A stretch of DNA of 63,743 nucleotides, counting the filler, from Thraustochytrium aureum (lineage: Eukaryota): the NCBI GenBank assembly GCA_012862495.1. It is 8 parts of 6 records of this genome, joined end to end, with 100 filler letters (N's around TTAATTAATTAA, not from the genome) between each part and the next. Parts side by side here need not be neighbours in the genome. Positions count along the whole stretch, not along the records: positions 19,827 to 31,715 come from BLSG01000200.1; positions 31,816 to 37,447 come from BLSG01000201.1; 6 more parts are not named here. One strand, 5' to 3'. Below the pieces are notes generated by a model. It saw only the letters and a program-made list of their open reading frames with translations, made no database searches and was not told the DNA's origin. Position numbers and translations under genes: made by a program. Shown piece after piece: positions 24,364 through 36,177 of this stretch (position 1 is the first letter of the stretch; each line of letters starts with the position of its first letter).

Positions 24364-25737
24364 NNNNNNNNNNNNNNNNNNNNNNNNNNNNNNNNNNNNN
24401 NNNNNNNNNNNNNNNNNNNNNNNNNNNNNNNNNNNNNNNNNNNNNNNNNNNNNNNNNNNNNNNNNNNNNNNNNNNNNNNNNNNNNNNNNNNNNNNNNNNN
24501 NNNNNNNNNNNNNNNNNNNNNNNNNNNNNNNNNNNNNNNNNNNNNNNNNNNNNNNNNNNNNNNNNNNNNNNNNNNNNNNNNNNNNNNNNNNNNNNNNNNN
24601 NNNNNNNNNNNNNNNNNNNNNNNNNNNNNNNNNNNNNNNNNNNNNNNNNNNNNNNNNNNNNNNNNNNNNNNNNNNNNNNNNNNNNNNNNNNNNNNNNNNN
24701 NNNNNNNNNNNNNNNNNNNNNNNNNNNNNNNNNNNNNNNNNNNNNNNNNNNNNNNNNNNNNNNNNNNNNNNNNNNNNNNNNNNNNNNNNNNNNNNNNNNN
24801 NNNNNNNNNNNNNNNNNNNNNNNNNNNNNNNNNNNNNNNNNNNNNNNNNNNNNNNNNNNNNNNNNNNNNNNNNNNNNNNNNNNNNNNNNNNNNNNNNNNN
24901 NNNNNNNNNNNNNNNNNNNNNNNNNNNNNNNNNNNNNNNNNNNNNNNNNNNNNNNNNNNNNNNNNNNNNNNNNNNNNNNNNNNNNNNNNNNNNNNNNNNN
25001 NNNNNNNNNNNNNNNNNNNNNNNNNNNNNNNNNNNNNNNNNNNNNNNNNNNNNNNNNNNNNNNNNNNNNNNNNNNNNNNNNNNNNNNNNNNNNNNNNNNN
25101 NNNNNNNNNNNNNNNNNNNNNNNNNNNNNNNNNNAAGCGATCGAAAAATGAAACGTCCCCAACAATCAATCGGTCGGTCGGCCGCCACCATCAACCACCA
25201 CCGGGCCCAGAACAGCAGAAAGCAAGGCACTGTGCCAGCCAGCCACTGGCAGAGCAAACGAAACCAACCGGCAAGACACAAAGAAACACGTGGACAAGCC
25301 GCAGAATGCCGTGCGCCAGAGGCCTCGCGTTGCGCCGCAGCAGAACCAGCCCCAGCTCGCGCAAGGCCCAGCCGCTGGCCTCTGCGCGACAGGCAGGGCT
25401 CGGAGCGACCGCCTGCCGGCCAAACAGCGCCGCGCCGCGTGCGTCGCCTCTCTGTCGACCGGCCGGCCCCTCGGCAGGTCGCCCGGCGCCGGTTTCCCCG
25501 CGGGGAGGCGGGGTGCAGGGAGGCGGCGGGCGACACAGAGCGCGCAACAAACGAGCACGAGGAGGCGGCACCGATCGCCCACAGGCAGTGCCTCGAGGCG
25601 TCGCGGGACATCGAGCCTGGCATCCGTCCAGCCGCCCAGCGCGCCAGACGCCCGCACATCTAGCTCGCCAGACGCCCGGCCAGCGCGAGAGCTTGCCAGA
25701 CGCCCGGCGTGCCAGCGACGAGGCCTGGTGGCCAGGG

Positions 25738-27346
25738 ATGCAGGTCGGCGTGAGCGCGAGGGCGCAGGATGTTTTGTTTCTCGTGGTCGCGAGCGGATGG
25801 TGCGGCGTGGACGAGGTGGTCAGGCTGAGGATGGTCTGCAGGGAGCTGGATACGCTGTGCGGGGAGTACATGGCGGAGCTCATGCCGAGCGCTGCGTGCG
25901 TACGGAAGCCCAGGCTGAGCGACGCGCTGCTGCTCAGGTCGGTGGTCGAGCCCTGCGGCGCGCTGCGCAGTGTGGCGCTGGTGGGGTGCGCGATGCTGAC
26001 GGACGCCGCGGTGGACTGCGTGTGGAAAGCGACCGCCGGCACGCTGGAGCGCTTTCAGGTCCTCGACTGCCCCATGGTCACGGAGAAGAGCTTGCGGCGG
26101 CTCGTGACCCGGTGCCTGAAGTTGTCCGCCGTGTCTGCGGACGTCGGGATGTGCGCGATTTTGGACGGCCTCTTTGCCGTGCGCGAAGCACGCGCAGGCC
26201 CGCTCCTTGAGCTCAGCGTGACTGGCGACAACGAGCTCGCGGACACCTCTGCCATGCAGGGAATCACAGCTTTCCTGGGCGAGCTCGATTCGCTCCACCT
26301 GAGCTCGGTATGGCTCATGGTTCTGCTCGATGTGTTTGCCGAACCGCGCCGGCTACGCTCTCTCCGAATCTCGGACTCGTTCAACCAAGCCAGCTTCGAC
26401 CGCGCCTACCAGATCGACGACTTTACAGAGGCCTTTGCGTCGCGGTTCCGCGTCTCCCAGCTGGAGGAACTGCACTTGGAAGGGTTTCTGGCTATGGACG
26501 CAGTGATGGCGCGACTCGCCAAGGGCAGCTCCCGGAACACGTTGCGCTCGCTGAGCATCGGGCCGCGCGCCAGGCTGTCGAGTCTGGCTCCTGTGGGCAA
26601 CGCGTGCAGCCAACTCGAAGAGCTCTGCGTCATCGAGTGCCCTCGCTTGGGGGATACTAGCGTCGAGGCTGTCGCGACAAAGTGCAAGCTCCTGCGACGC
26701 GTGTGCCTGCGCGGCTGCCCAGGCGTGACGCGCGTGACCATCGGTCGCCTGGCAACCAACTGCCCGGCGCTGCCGGAGCCTGGACGTGAGCGGCTGCCGC
26801 GAGATCGACGACGACGCCTTGGCGGCACTGGCGGGCGCCGTTGGCCTTGAGCGTCTTGGCCTCGCGGGGTGCATGGCCATTACAGACGGAGGGCTCAAAA
26901 CCCTTTGCAAGGGCTGCCCGAACCTGGTCGCCTTGGACCTCGCCAACTGCACGCGACTCACAGACGAGGGCGTCCTCGCCGTGGCCCGGTGGCTCCGGCG
27001 CATGGCTGACCTCAACTTGAGCTGGTGCTTGTTTGTCAAGCCCTTTTCTCTGGAGGAGGTGGTCCTTGAGTGCAGGGGCCTTTCGCGGCTCACGTTGCTC
27101 GGCTGCACACATATCCCCGAGACGGAATGCATTCTGCTCGCGACGCAGGCGCACAACCGCCTCGAGATAGTCCTGGATAGCCGGGTCGTGCTTGGTCACG
27201 GCAAGCCCCGTAAGTCTGCGCTCCAGCAGGCGAGCGAGGACCGACCGAGCTCGAGTGGCGGACCCAAGCCAAAGGCGCGAGCGAAGCGGCGCGCCGGCCA
27301 CCTCTCGCGCCGCGAAGAGGCGCTCCTTAGCGAAGGGCTCAAGTGA
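25738..27346 (+). CDS. F-box/LRR (cysteine-containing LRR, FBXL-like) protein; frameshift near 26770
   Basis: Possible F-box (VVRLRMVCREL). LRR-CC repeats LxxLxLxxCxx(I/L)TD (LAGCMAITD, LANCTRLTD, LNLSWC). Confidence 0.8.
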
Positions 27347-27643
27347 ACAAGCTCGATGTACATTTGCTTTTTCTGCGAGGCGGAGCGGGGTCGAGCGGGG
27401 CTTGATCGTGCCGGGGATTCGGCTGAGGCCATCGTGGAAACTAACTGAAATATAGTTGTTGTTCGACGTCGGGGCGCCCGAGTATCGCTCGACGGGCGCG
27501 CCACGCGCCGTAAAGTAAGTAAATAAAAAAACGCAAATAAAACCACCAAAACCTGGCAGGCGTAGCCGGTGGAGCAAACGGGTACTGCAAGACACAATGT
27601 GCCTCGCCCTCGCACGCCCCCAGCCTCGCACCAGGGCGCAGAC

Positions 27644-28979
27644 TTATATGGGGGGGCGCGATGACAGCGCGGCGAACACGCTGAGCCGCTCGAGGTCTTG
27701 GCGAGTCTCCCCGAAGCGGCGAGAGCCGCCCGCAGAGTGCGGCGGCGTGGACGCCCTCCGCGAACGAGCTTGCAACCCCCACGGCGAGCCTGCCGGGACA
27801 CTGTTCACCTCAAGTGGGGCGCAGTCGACGCTGAGCCCAACGGGGCCAGCCTTCGCCGTCCGGCGCTCGCGCGCGGCACGCGGCCTTCCCGCTTGCCAGC
27901 GAATGTTTTCCAGCTGCTCGAGGTCGTCGAGCGACAGGCGCTTCTCCAGCGTCACGCCGAGCTGGCGAGACGGGCTCGCCACGCAAGCGGCAGAGCTCAG
28001 CGCATCGGCCGCGGCGGTGCCAGCCCACGCGCTGGGGGCGTCCGCCACTGTGTGGCGTCGGTGAATCGGCGACACACCAGACGGCTGGTGAAGGAGGAGG
28101 CGCCGACCAGAGTGCTTCTTCGCCAGCTTCGCAGGGCGACACGTCGGGTGAGCCGCAGCTTCGTAAACAGAGTGGGCGCCGCTCGCTTCCCCGTGGCTGC
28201 CAAAAGCCGGGGACCTCCGCGAGATACGAGATGCTTTCAACACCCTCGGCGTTGAGGAGCCCCATGATGCGTCTTGCATCTCTTCATCGTGCACCGTGTT
28301 GATGAACAGTCGAGCTGCGTGGCTTCGGATCTGCGCGTGGTCGGTGGCAGTGAAATGGTCAAAGCCCTCCAGGCACACCTCCTCCAAGGAACGACCCCGC
28401 TTTACGACTTCCGTGACACAGGCAGGGGTGATTCGAAAGCACCAGCTCAAGTCCAAGGTTCGCAGATTACGAAAAGCGCTTGGGTTCGCGGCGAGGCCCG
28501 CGAAGAATCCTTCGTCTGTGAGGGCGCTGCAGCACGACAGCATCAGACGCTCAAGGCGAGGGCTCCGGGCCAAGTACTCGACTGCCCTGTCCCTCAAGAG
28601 CGGGCATCCGCTCAGGTCGACATGCTGGACTTCAGGGCAGCCGGCGACGATCGCGCGGACACCGGAATCAGTCACCTTTTGGCACCTTCGCAGAACGAGC
28701 TTGCGCACCGCCCGGCAGTGCTGCGCAACAGTGTGCAGCAGCACGTCGGTGACCCCTTCACATGCGCTCAAGGTGAGCGAGACAAGGCCCGGGCAGCGAA
28801 CCAGGACGGCGCAGAGGCCGCCTACGTCGGAAAGCTCCTTGCAGCCAGTTAATTCCAGCTCCCGAAGGTGCGTGCCGCACACGCTGACGAGGCGGCGCAA
28901 GCTCTCCCCCGAGCCCAGTCGCGGGCAGTCGCCGAGCCGCAGCGCGCGAAACGGTGCACTTGCCAAGCGCCGCGCGCGT
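27644..28979 (-). CDS. Cysteine-containing LRR (FBXL-like) protein; 5' part in gap
   Basis: Repeats LELTGCKELSD, LTLSACEGVTD, LRRCQKVTD, LSGCPLLRD and LDLSWCFRIT. Confidence 0.82.
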
Positions 28980-30037
28980 NNNNNNNNNNNNNNNNNNNNN
29001 NNNNNNNNNNNNNNNNNNNNNNNNNNNNNNNNNNNNNNNNNNNNNNNNNNNNNNNNNNNNNNNNNNNNNNNNNNNNNNNNNNNNNNNNNNNNNNNNNNNN
29101 NNNNNNNNNNNNNNNNNNNNNNNNNNNNNNNNNNNNNNNNNNNNNNNNNNNNNNNNNNNNNNNNNNNNNNNNNNNNNNNNNNNNNNNNNNNNNNNNNNNN
29201 NNNNNNNNNNNNNNNNNNNNNNNNNNNNNNNNNNNNNNNNNNNNNNNNNNNNNNNNNNNNNNNNNNNNNNNNNNNNNNNNNNNNNNNNNNNNNNNNNNNN
29301 NNNNNNNNNNNNNNNNNNNNNNNNNNNNNNNNNNNNNNNNNNNNNNNNNNNNNNNNNNNNNNNNNNNNNNNNNNNNNNNNNNNNNNNNNNNNNNNNNNNN
29401 NNNNNNNNNNNNNNNNNNNNNNNNNNNNNNNNNNNNNNNNNNNNNNNNNNNNNNNNNNNNNNNNNNNNNNNNNNNNNNNNNNNNNNNNNNNNNNNNNNNN
29501 NNNNNNNNNNNNNNNNNNNNNNNNNNNNNNNNNNNNNNNNNNNNNNNNNNNNNNNNNNNNNNNNNNNNNNNNNNNNNNNNNNNNNNNNNNNNNNNNNNNN
29601 NNNNNNNNNNNNNNNNNNNNNNNNNNNNNNNNNNNNNNNNNNNNNNNNNNNNNNNNNNNNNNNNNNNNNNNNNNNNNNNNNNNNNNNNNNNNNNNNNNNN
29701 NNNNNNNNNNNNNNNNNNNNNNNNNNNNNNNNNNNNNNNNNNNNNNNNNNNNNNNNNNNNNNNNNNNNNNNNNNNNNNNNNNNNNNNNNNNNNNNNNNNN
29801 NNNNNNNNNNNNNGGGGCTTGATGCGCGAAGGCTAAGCTGCTTGAAGGTGGCGAGGACGCAGGGCGCTTCTCTGGGGCGGCGCGGCTGGTCCTGCGGGAA
29901 CGGGCGAGTCCTGGCGAGGCCTCCGAAAAGTCTTTCGAAAAGTGGCACCGCGAGACGCGGCGGGCGCGAGAGCGGGCCTTCAAGCCTGGATTGCGTGCAC
30001 GAGTTTTGCCGCTACGCGTGGGTTGCTTGCGTGGGTT

Positions 30038-30038
<1 letters not shown>

Positions 30039-30089
<51 letters not shown>
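30039..30089 (+). repeat. (TGC)17 microsatellite
   Basis: Perfect trinucleotide run just upstream of the amino-acid transporter start. Confidence 0.95.
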
Positions 30090-30144
30090 ATTCTCGTTGT
30101 GAGGCGGGGGTTTGTTGATAAAGCGGGAGGTGGCGCGTGGGTCG

Positions 30145-31715
30145 ATGGCGGGCAGGAACAGGTCCATGTCGGAGATGCGCCAGGCGGGCGCCGGTGACAC
30201 CGACTCGTCTGGAGATGAAGATGCTCGAAACACAGAAACTAGGGACCAACGCAGGTACTATGGCGCAGCACTGGCAAAACCAGGACCAAACAAACGGGCT
30301 GAGACCAAGAAGCAGCGCCTGCCCGATCTGCGCAACGCGGCGCTTGCGCAAGGAGCCAGCAGGAGCGGCGGCGGGACGGCCGGGATGGTCCCCAAGAGTG
30401 CCGGGGCGGCGAAAGGGGGGGGCGCAGGATCTGGCAAGAGAGCCAAGCATACCGGCCCGGCGCCTTCCAAGACAGAGGCGGCTCGGAGGGCGCCGCGAGA
30501 GCAGCTGGAACAGCGACTGGAGCAGCAACCCGGGCGGCAGGGCGACCTTGAAACGCCCCTGCTCGCAAACGATGACCAAAGCGAAGAAGCAGATGCAACC
30601 AGTGCGCTCAACACGCTCGAGGCATGGGAGGAGAGCGGTAGCGCAGCCAGCGAGGCCCAGGAGAGCGAGAGCCTCAGCTCGAGCGTGAAAAACAGGACAA
30701 GCTGAGCTTCTCCCAGGCCCTCTTCACAGCCCTCAACTACAACCTCGGACTTGCGGTGCTGTGCTTTCCCTATCAAGTCACAAAGGTGGGCTGGTCCGCC
30801 TACATATCGCTTCTTCTCGTCGGGGCCGTCTGCTGGTTGACAGCTCTGATGATCGGCTGGATCATGTCTGTCCACGACGAGATCCATTCTTACGCCGACA
30901 TCGCCGCACACGCCGTCACAGAGATCTGGCCAGACAGCCACGCCGCAGCGCGTCGCGCTGCCACGTCGCTGCGCACGTTCCAGGTCACCGAGCTCTTCTT
31001 TTACCTTGTGTACAACCTCGTCACTATGCGGCAAGCTCTCGGGGCTCTGGGAATCAGCTCGCCGCTTGCGCAGTGGCTCGTCGCCATCGCGCTGACAGCG
31101 CCAACCGTATTTGTGCGAAACCTCGAGGTGCTGAGCAAGGTGAGCATGTTCGGAATCGGGACCTTTATGGCCCTGTGCGCGGTTATGGTTTCTAGCAGCG
31201 CTGCTCGCCTGGCCGAGCTGAGCGCGGACGAGGTCTTCACGGACTGGATCCTCGTCCCCGACTCGTTTATGGTCTGGGCTTCCTCGTACGGATCGATCTT
31301 GCTCCTCTTTGCGGGCCACGCTGTCTACCCTTCCATCCACCACAATCTTGCGGAGAAGGCCGACTATCGCGCCGTCGTGAACTGGACCTTTGTCGCCATC
31401 CTCGGATTCATCGTTCTGCTCGGTTTCATCTGCGTACTCGCCTACGGCGAGGACATTGTCGAACTCCCCACTGGGTACTTGCAAAGGGGCTCCGTGGTAT
31501 ATTACGTCGCCCAGGCCCTTATGGTGCTCAAGGCGCTGACCGCGTATCCCGTGATTTCGTTTCCAATCATCACCGAGCTCTCAGCGCGCTTCACTGTGGA
31601 GACCACGAAGAATCTGCTGGGATCGAATGCGGTGCCAAGCGCTGTGACGCCGGTGCTTGGCGAGCAGTACGCAAACCTGCTCGAGTGGGGCGACCAGGAG
31701 GCTGGCGAGGAGGGC
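30145..31715 (+). CDS. Amino acid/auxin permease (AAAP, vacuolar AVT1-like) transporter; frameshift near 30690; 3'-truncated
   Basis: Disordered N-terminus, then SFSQALFTALNYNLGLAVLCFPY, SYADIA and FAGHAVYPSI, with multiple TM helices. Confidence 0.85.
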
Positions 31716-31816
31716 NNNNNNNNNNNNNNNNNNNNNNNNNNNNNNNNNNNNNNNNNNNNTTAATTAATTAANNNNNNNNNNNNNNNNNNNNNNNNNNNNN
31801 NNNNNNNNNNNNNNNA

Positions 31817-32603
31817 AATCGGGGCAGGAGCTCTTGCGGCTCGAGGGACACACTGGTCCTGTCAATGCCGTGGCCCTCTCGCGCGACGGCGACCGCATCG
31901 TTTCGGGAAGCTGGGACAAGACCGTACGTATTTGGGACACCGAGTCGGGGCAGGAACTCCGGCGGCTCGAGGGACACACGTCTAGTGTCCGGGCCGTGGC
32001 CCTCTCGCGCGACGGCGAGCGCATCGTTTCGGGGAGCAAAGACAGTACCGTCCGCCTCTGGGACGCGGAATCGGGGCAGGAGCTCCGGCGGCTCGAGGGA
32101 CACATCGGTTCGGTCGACGCCGTGGCATTCTCGCGCGACGGCGACCGCATCGTGTCGGGGGGCGGCGGTCTTGGGAACGACTACACATTTCGCTACACAG
32201 TGCGCGTCTGGGACGTGAGATCGGGGCAGGAGCTCCGGCGGCTCGAGGGACACACCAAAAGTGTCACGGCCGTGGCCCTCTCTCGCGATGGCGACTGCAT
32301 CGTTTCGAGGGGCATATTTGACCGCGTGCTCGCGTGGTCGATGGCGACGGGAGAGTTGATACAGGACGCGGACCCGGCGGCGGTTCTGGCGCTGGAGGAG
32401 CTACCGACACCGGCGCTGATCAGCGCGAACGGTGGAAGCACGGTGTCTGCGGCTAGCGGGCCGGGGCAACCCACTCGGCGGGCTTCACGTGCGACTCCGC
32501 TATCACTAACAGCGTGGCAGCAGCGGACGGTTCGGTCGTGGCTTTGTTTGACAGCTCGCACCAGCTTTGCGTGCTGGAGCTGGTTGAGCGGAGCGCGCAA
32601 TGA
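31817..32603 (+). CDS. WD40-repeat protein with near-identical repeats (C-terminal part, 5'-truncated)
   Basis: Four units of SGQELxRLEGH..V.AVA.SRDG.xIVS, the first three ending TVR.WD, at 126/126/150-bp spacing. The likely true C-terminus (LCVLELVERSAQ*) is in a shifted frame. Confidence 0.9.
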
Positions 32604-32983
32604 CGACGCGCGGGCGCGACGGGCAAGTTGGACCTTGGGGTCCTTTTTGGCTCGCCAGCTTGGCAAATAAATTGCTCTTCCTGTGCTTCCAATTTCTTCT
32701 GATTTCATGCTCCGAGTTTCAGCGCGGGTCTCCGCAGCGCTCGTTCGACCCTCTTCGAAAACGAGGAACTAATTCGGCCAGCGAGCGAGCCGGCGTAGTA
32801 GCCGCGCAACGGCCAAAACTTGCCCGTGTTACCCGTCCTTGTCGTTGCAGTTTTCGAAACCGGAAGGGGCTGTCACGTCACAGTGGTGATTCATCCAGCT
32901 TGGGAGCGGCTGAAATTGGACTACCAGTAGTTTTCTCGACGTCTCGACGATCAACGAGAAGGCGACTACGTACCGTAGCCTCC

Positions 32984-35900
32984 ATGGCCCGCCAACAGAG
33001 CCGAAACGCTCGACGCGACTCGGCCAGCAGGACCGGGTCACAGGCCAACATGACAATGGGCAAGAAGAGGCGCTTGCGCTTCGGCAGCGATGACAACAGC
33101 ATCCCACTGGGAGAGCGTACGAGGGACTTGACGATTNNNNNNNNNNNNNNNNNNNNNNNNNNNNNNNNNNNNNNNNNNNNNNNNNNNNNNNNNNNNNNNN
33201 NNNNNNNNNNNNNNNNNNNNNNNNNNNNNNNNNNNNNNNNNNNNNNNNNNNNNNNNNNNNNNNNNNNNNNNNNNNNNNNNNNNNNNNNNNNNNNNNNNNN
33301 NNNNNNNNNNNNNNNNNNNNNNNNNNNNNNNNNNNNNNNNNNNNNNNNNNNNNNNNNNNNNNNNNNNNNNNNNNNNNNNNNNNNNNNNNNNNNNNNNNNN
33401 NNNNNNNNNNNNNNNNNNNNNNNNNNNNNNNNNNNNNNNNNNNNNNNNNNNNNNNNNNNNNNNNNNNNNNNNNNNNNNNNNNNNNNNNNNNNNNNNNNNN
33501 NNNNNNNNNNNNNNNNNNNNNNNNNNNNNNNNNNNNNNNNNNNNNNNNNNNNNNNNNNNNNNNNNNNNNNNNNNNNNNNNNNNNNNNNNNNNNNNNNNNN
33601 NNNNNNNNNNNNNNNNNNNNNNNNNNNNNNNNNNNNNNNNNNNCGTCGGAGGCCAAATGTAAGGCTGGGCTGATGGAGCTGCTCCGAGAGGTCGTTTTTT
33701 GAGTCCAACAAATCCGTGTACCTGCCTCGATGCTGGCCAACGCGTTCGTCCTGACCCAGTTCCAGAGCGGCCATCCCTTGCCCGCGTTGAACAACGACTT
33801 CTTTAATGTATGCATCTGCAGGGTCAGTTCATCCTGTGCCGATCCGACGCGTACCAAGTCGGAGCAGATGGGGTTGGAGGAGATCTACCACAGCATCTGG
33901 GGCGACCAAGGAAACCTCGTTCAGACCGGTATCCACAGCAACGTCCCGATGTACGAAGCCATGCAGCTGGCCACGGCATTGGACAACTACAACAAGATCG
34001 CCCTCAACGAACACATAGCTGGGTACATCCAAGCCAAGTATGGACTGCATCGCAAGGGGCACGGCAAGTTCATTTCTGAACGCGTCTGCGCGACTGAACC
34101 TCTCGAATACACTTACAGCCCGAGGAACATCGCGCTGTCGAAGGAGCAGCTCGACAACATCATCTGCGACGAGCACGGCCTGTTCTCTAGCGCCTCTCAA
34201 TGCGGGGCCCTAACAGAGTACCGCTACATGATGCTCTGCGAGATCCAGCGGCGCAACACCGCCGAGCGCTCGTACAAGACGTTCACGCTCATCCTTGAGC
34301 CCCAAATGGGCACCAAGTTTGTGACCATGGACTGCACGACGCTCAAGTCGTTGTGGGGTAGGAAGATGCCCTGCTGCCGAAAGAGGAATTGGGCCAGCGC
34401 CGAGCAGCGCGACGCCTACTTTGCCTGGAGGAAGGTGAAGGCCGACTACCAGAGCCTCTCGGACTCGCTCGAAATCCCCAAGCGCGGCGCTGGGTGGGCC
34501 TATGAAGACAAGGTCTTTCGCACCAACGGGTACGAGTTCCACTTCACGTACGACAAAAACAAGGAGCGAGTCGGCGGCAAAGCCAAGAAGGTGAAAAAGT
34601 CGATGCAAATCTGGGAGCAAGACTGGGACCCTGAGCGCGAGTTCCACAACGCCACCCGCGTGGACTCGACCAACCCCTGCAACTTCGCGGCCGCCGATGT
34701 TGGGCACCACAACATGTTTACATGCGTCTCTNNNNNNNNNNNNNNNNNNNNNNNNNNNNNNNNNNNNNNNNNNNNNNNNNNNNNNNNNNNNNNNNNNNNN
34801 NNNNNNNNNNNNNNNNNNNNNNNNNNNNNNNNNNNNNNNNNNNNNNNNNNNNNNNNNNNNNNNNNNNNNNNNNNNNNNNNNNNNNNNNNNNNNNNNNNNN
34901 NNNNNNNNNNNNNNNNNNNNNNNNNNNNNNNNNNNNNNNNNNNNNNNNNNNNNNNNNNNNNNNNNNNNNNNNNNNNNNNNNNNNNNNNNNNNNNNNNNNN
35001 NNNNNNNNNNNNNNNNNNNNNNNNNNNNNNNNNNNNNNNNNNNNNNNNNNNNNNNNNNNNNNNNNNNNNNNNNNNNNNNNNNNNNNNNNNNNNNNNNNNN
35101 NNNNNNNNNNNNNNNNNNNNNNNNNNNNNNNNNNNNNNNNNNNNNNNNNNNNNNNNNNNNNNNNNNNNNNNNNNNNNNNNNNNNNNNNNNNNNNNNNNNN
35201 NNNNNNNNNNNNNNNNNNNNNNNNNNNNNNNNNNNNNNNNNNNNNNNNNNNNNNNNNNNNNNNNNNNNNNNNNNNNNNNNNNNNNNNNNNNNNNNNNNNN
35301 NNNNNNNNNNNNNNNNNNNNNNNNNNNNNNNNNNNNNNNNNNNNNNNNNNNNNNNNNNNNNNNNNNNNNNNNNNNNNNNNNNNNNNNNNNNNNNNNNNNN
35401 NNNNNNNNNNNNNNNNNNNNNNNNNNNNNNNNNNNNNNNNNNNNNNNNNNNNNNNNNNNNNNNNNNNNNNNNNNNNNNNNNNNNNNNNNNNNNNNNNNNN
35501 NNNNNNNNNNNNNNNNNNNNNNNNNNNNNNNNNNNNNNNNNNNNNNNNNNCAACGTGCCACCCTCTTGCGCTGCGAGGTGTACGACACCATCTATCGGCA
35601 CTATCACAACAAGCAGCTGCTTAAGTTGAAGGCAGAAGCCCGAATCGTAGAGAAACGCGCCACAGACAAGATGCTCAACTGGATCACGTACGAGAATACC
35701 AAGCCCCTCGGCATGGGCGATTGCAGCAAGGCCAACGGGTTCAGGGGGGCGTCGCCCGGCGGACCGACCAAGAAGATCAAGCGCTACGCGATCAAATCCG
35801 GGTATGAAATCGTCTCCGTCAACGAGTTTCGCACATCCAAGATGTCGTCGTGCTGCTCCGGATTTGAGACCAAGCCCGCGAAGGGGAGAGGCAAGAATGG

Positions 35901-36177
35901 CAGGCTGAAGGACCTACACGGAGTGCGCATTTGCAAAAACTGCCGCAAGACGTGGAACAGGGACTCAGTGCGGCCATCAACATTTGACGTCTTCTTCAAC
36001 GCTGTAGTACGAGTGGGGAGCACCCTCTGCACCTCCAAAGAGCGTATGGGCCAGGCACCGCGGCGGGTCGCACATGGTTTCATAGCTGGTAGGAGCCAGA
36101 AAACACCGCGCGCCAGGGGCTCCTTTTCCTGCGTCCGGTTTCCTCCTGACTCCCTAGTAGTTCTTAGGTGCATTTGA
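32984..36177 (+). CDS. Fanzor1-like RNA-guided endonuclease (eukaryotic TnpB homologue); two N gaps and small indels
   Basis: RuvC-I AAADVG (D at 34696), GMGDCS..GGP, rearranged RuvC-II VNEFRTSKMSSCC (E at 35824), Zn knuckle VRICKNC and RuvC-III WNRD (D at 35962) with AAINI in the -1 frame. Upstream Fanzor-type segments LEPQMGTKFVTMD and FRTNG. The start codon is inferred across a gap. Confidence 0.88.

Noticed and set aside
31817..32330. Regularly spaced repeats upstream of the Cas12-like gene as a CRISPR/guide array
   Set aside because: They are in-frame coding WD40 units (126 bp = 42 aa), not repeat-spacer units.
32856..36142. Terminal inverted repeats around the Fanzor (GAAACCGGA/TCCGGTTTC and CTACCAG/CTGGTAG)
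   Set aside because: Only 9- and 7-nt matches with inconsistent spacing, which is compatible with chance.
33730..36177. Bacterial IS200/IS605 or IS607 TnpB contaminant, or a Cas12
   Set aside because: No TnpA, CRISPR array or operon is present. The long N-terminus and the rearranged Glu with a GD motif fit Fanzor1.
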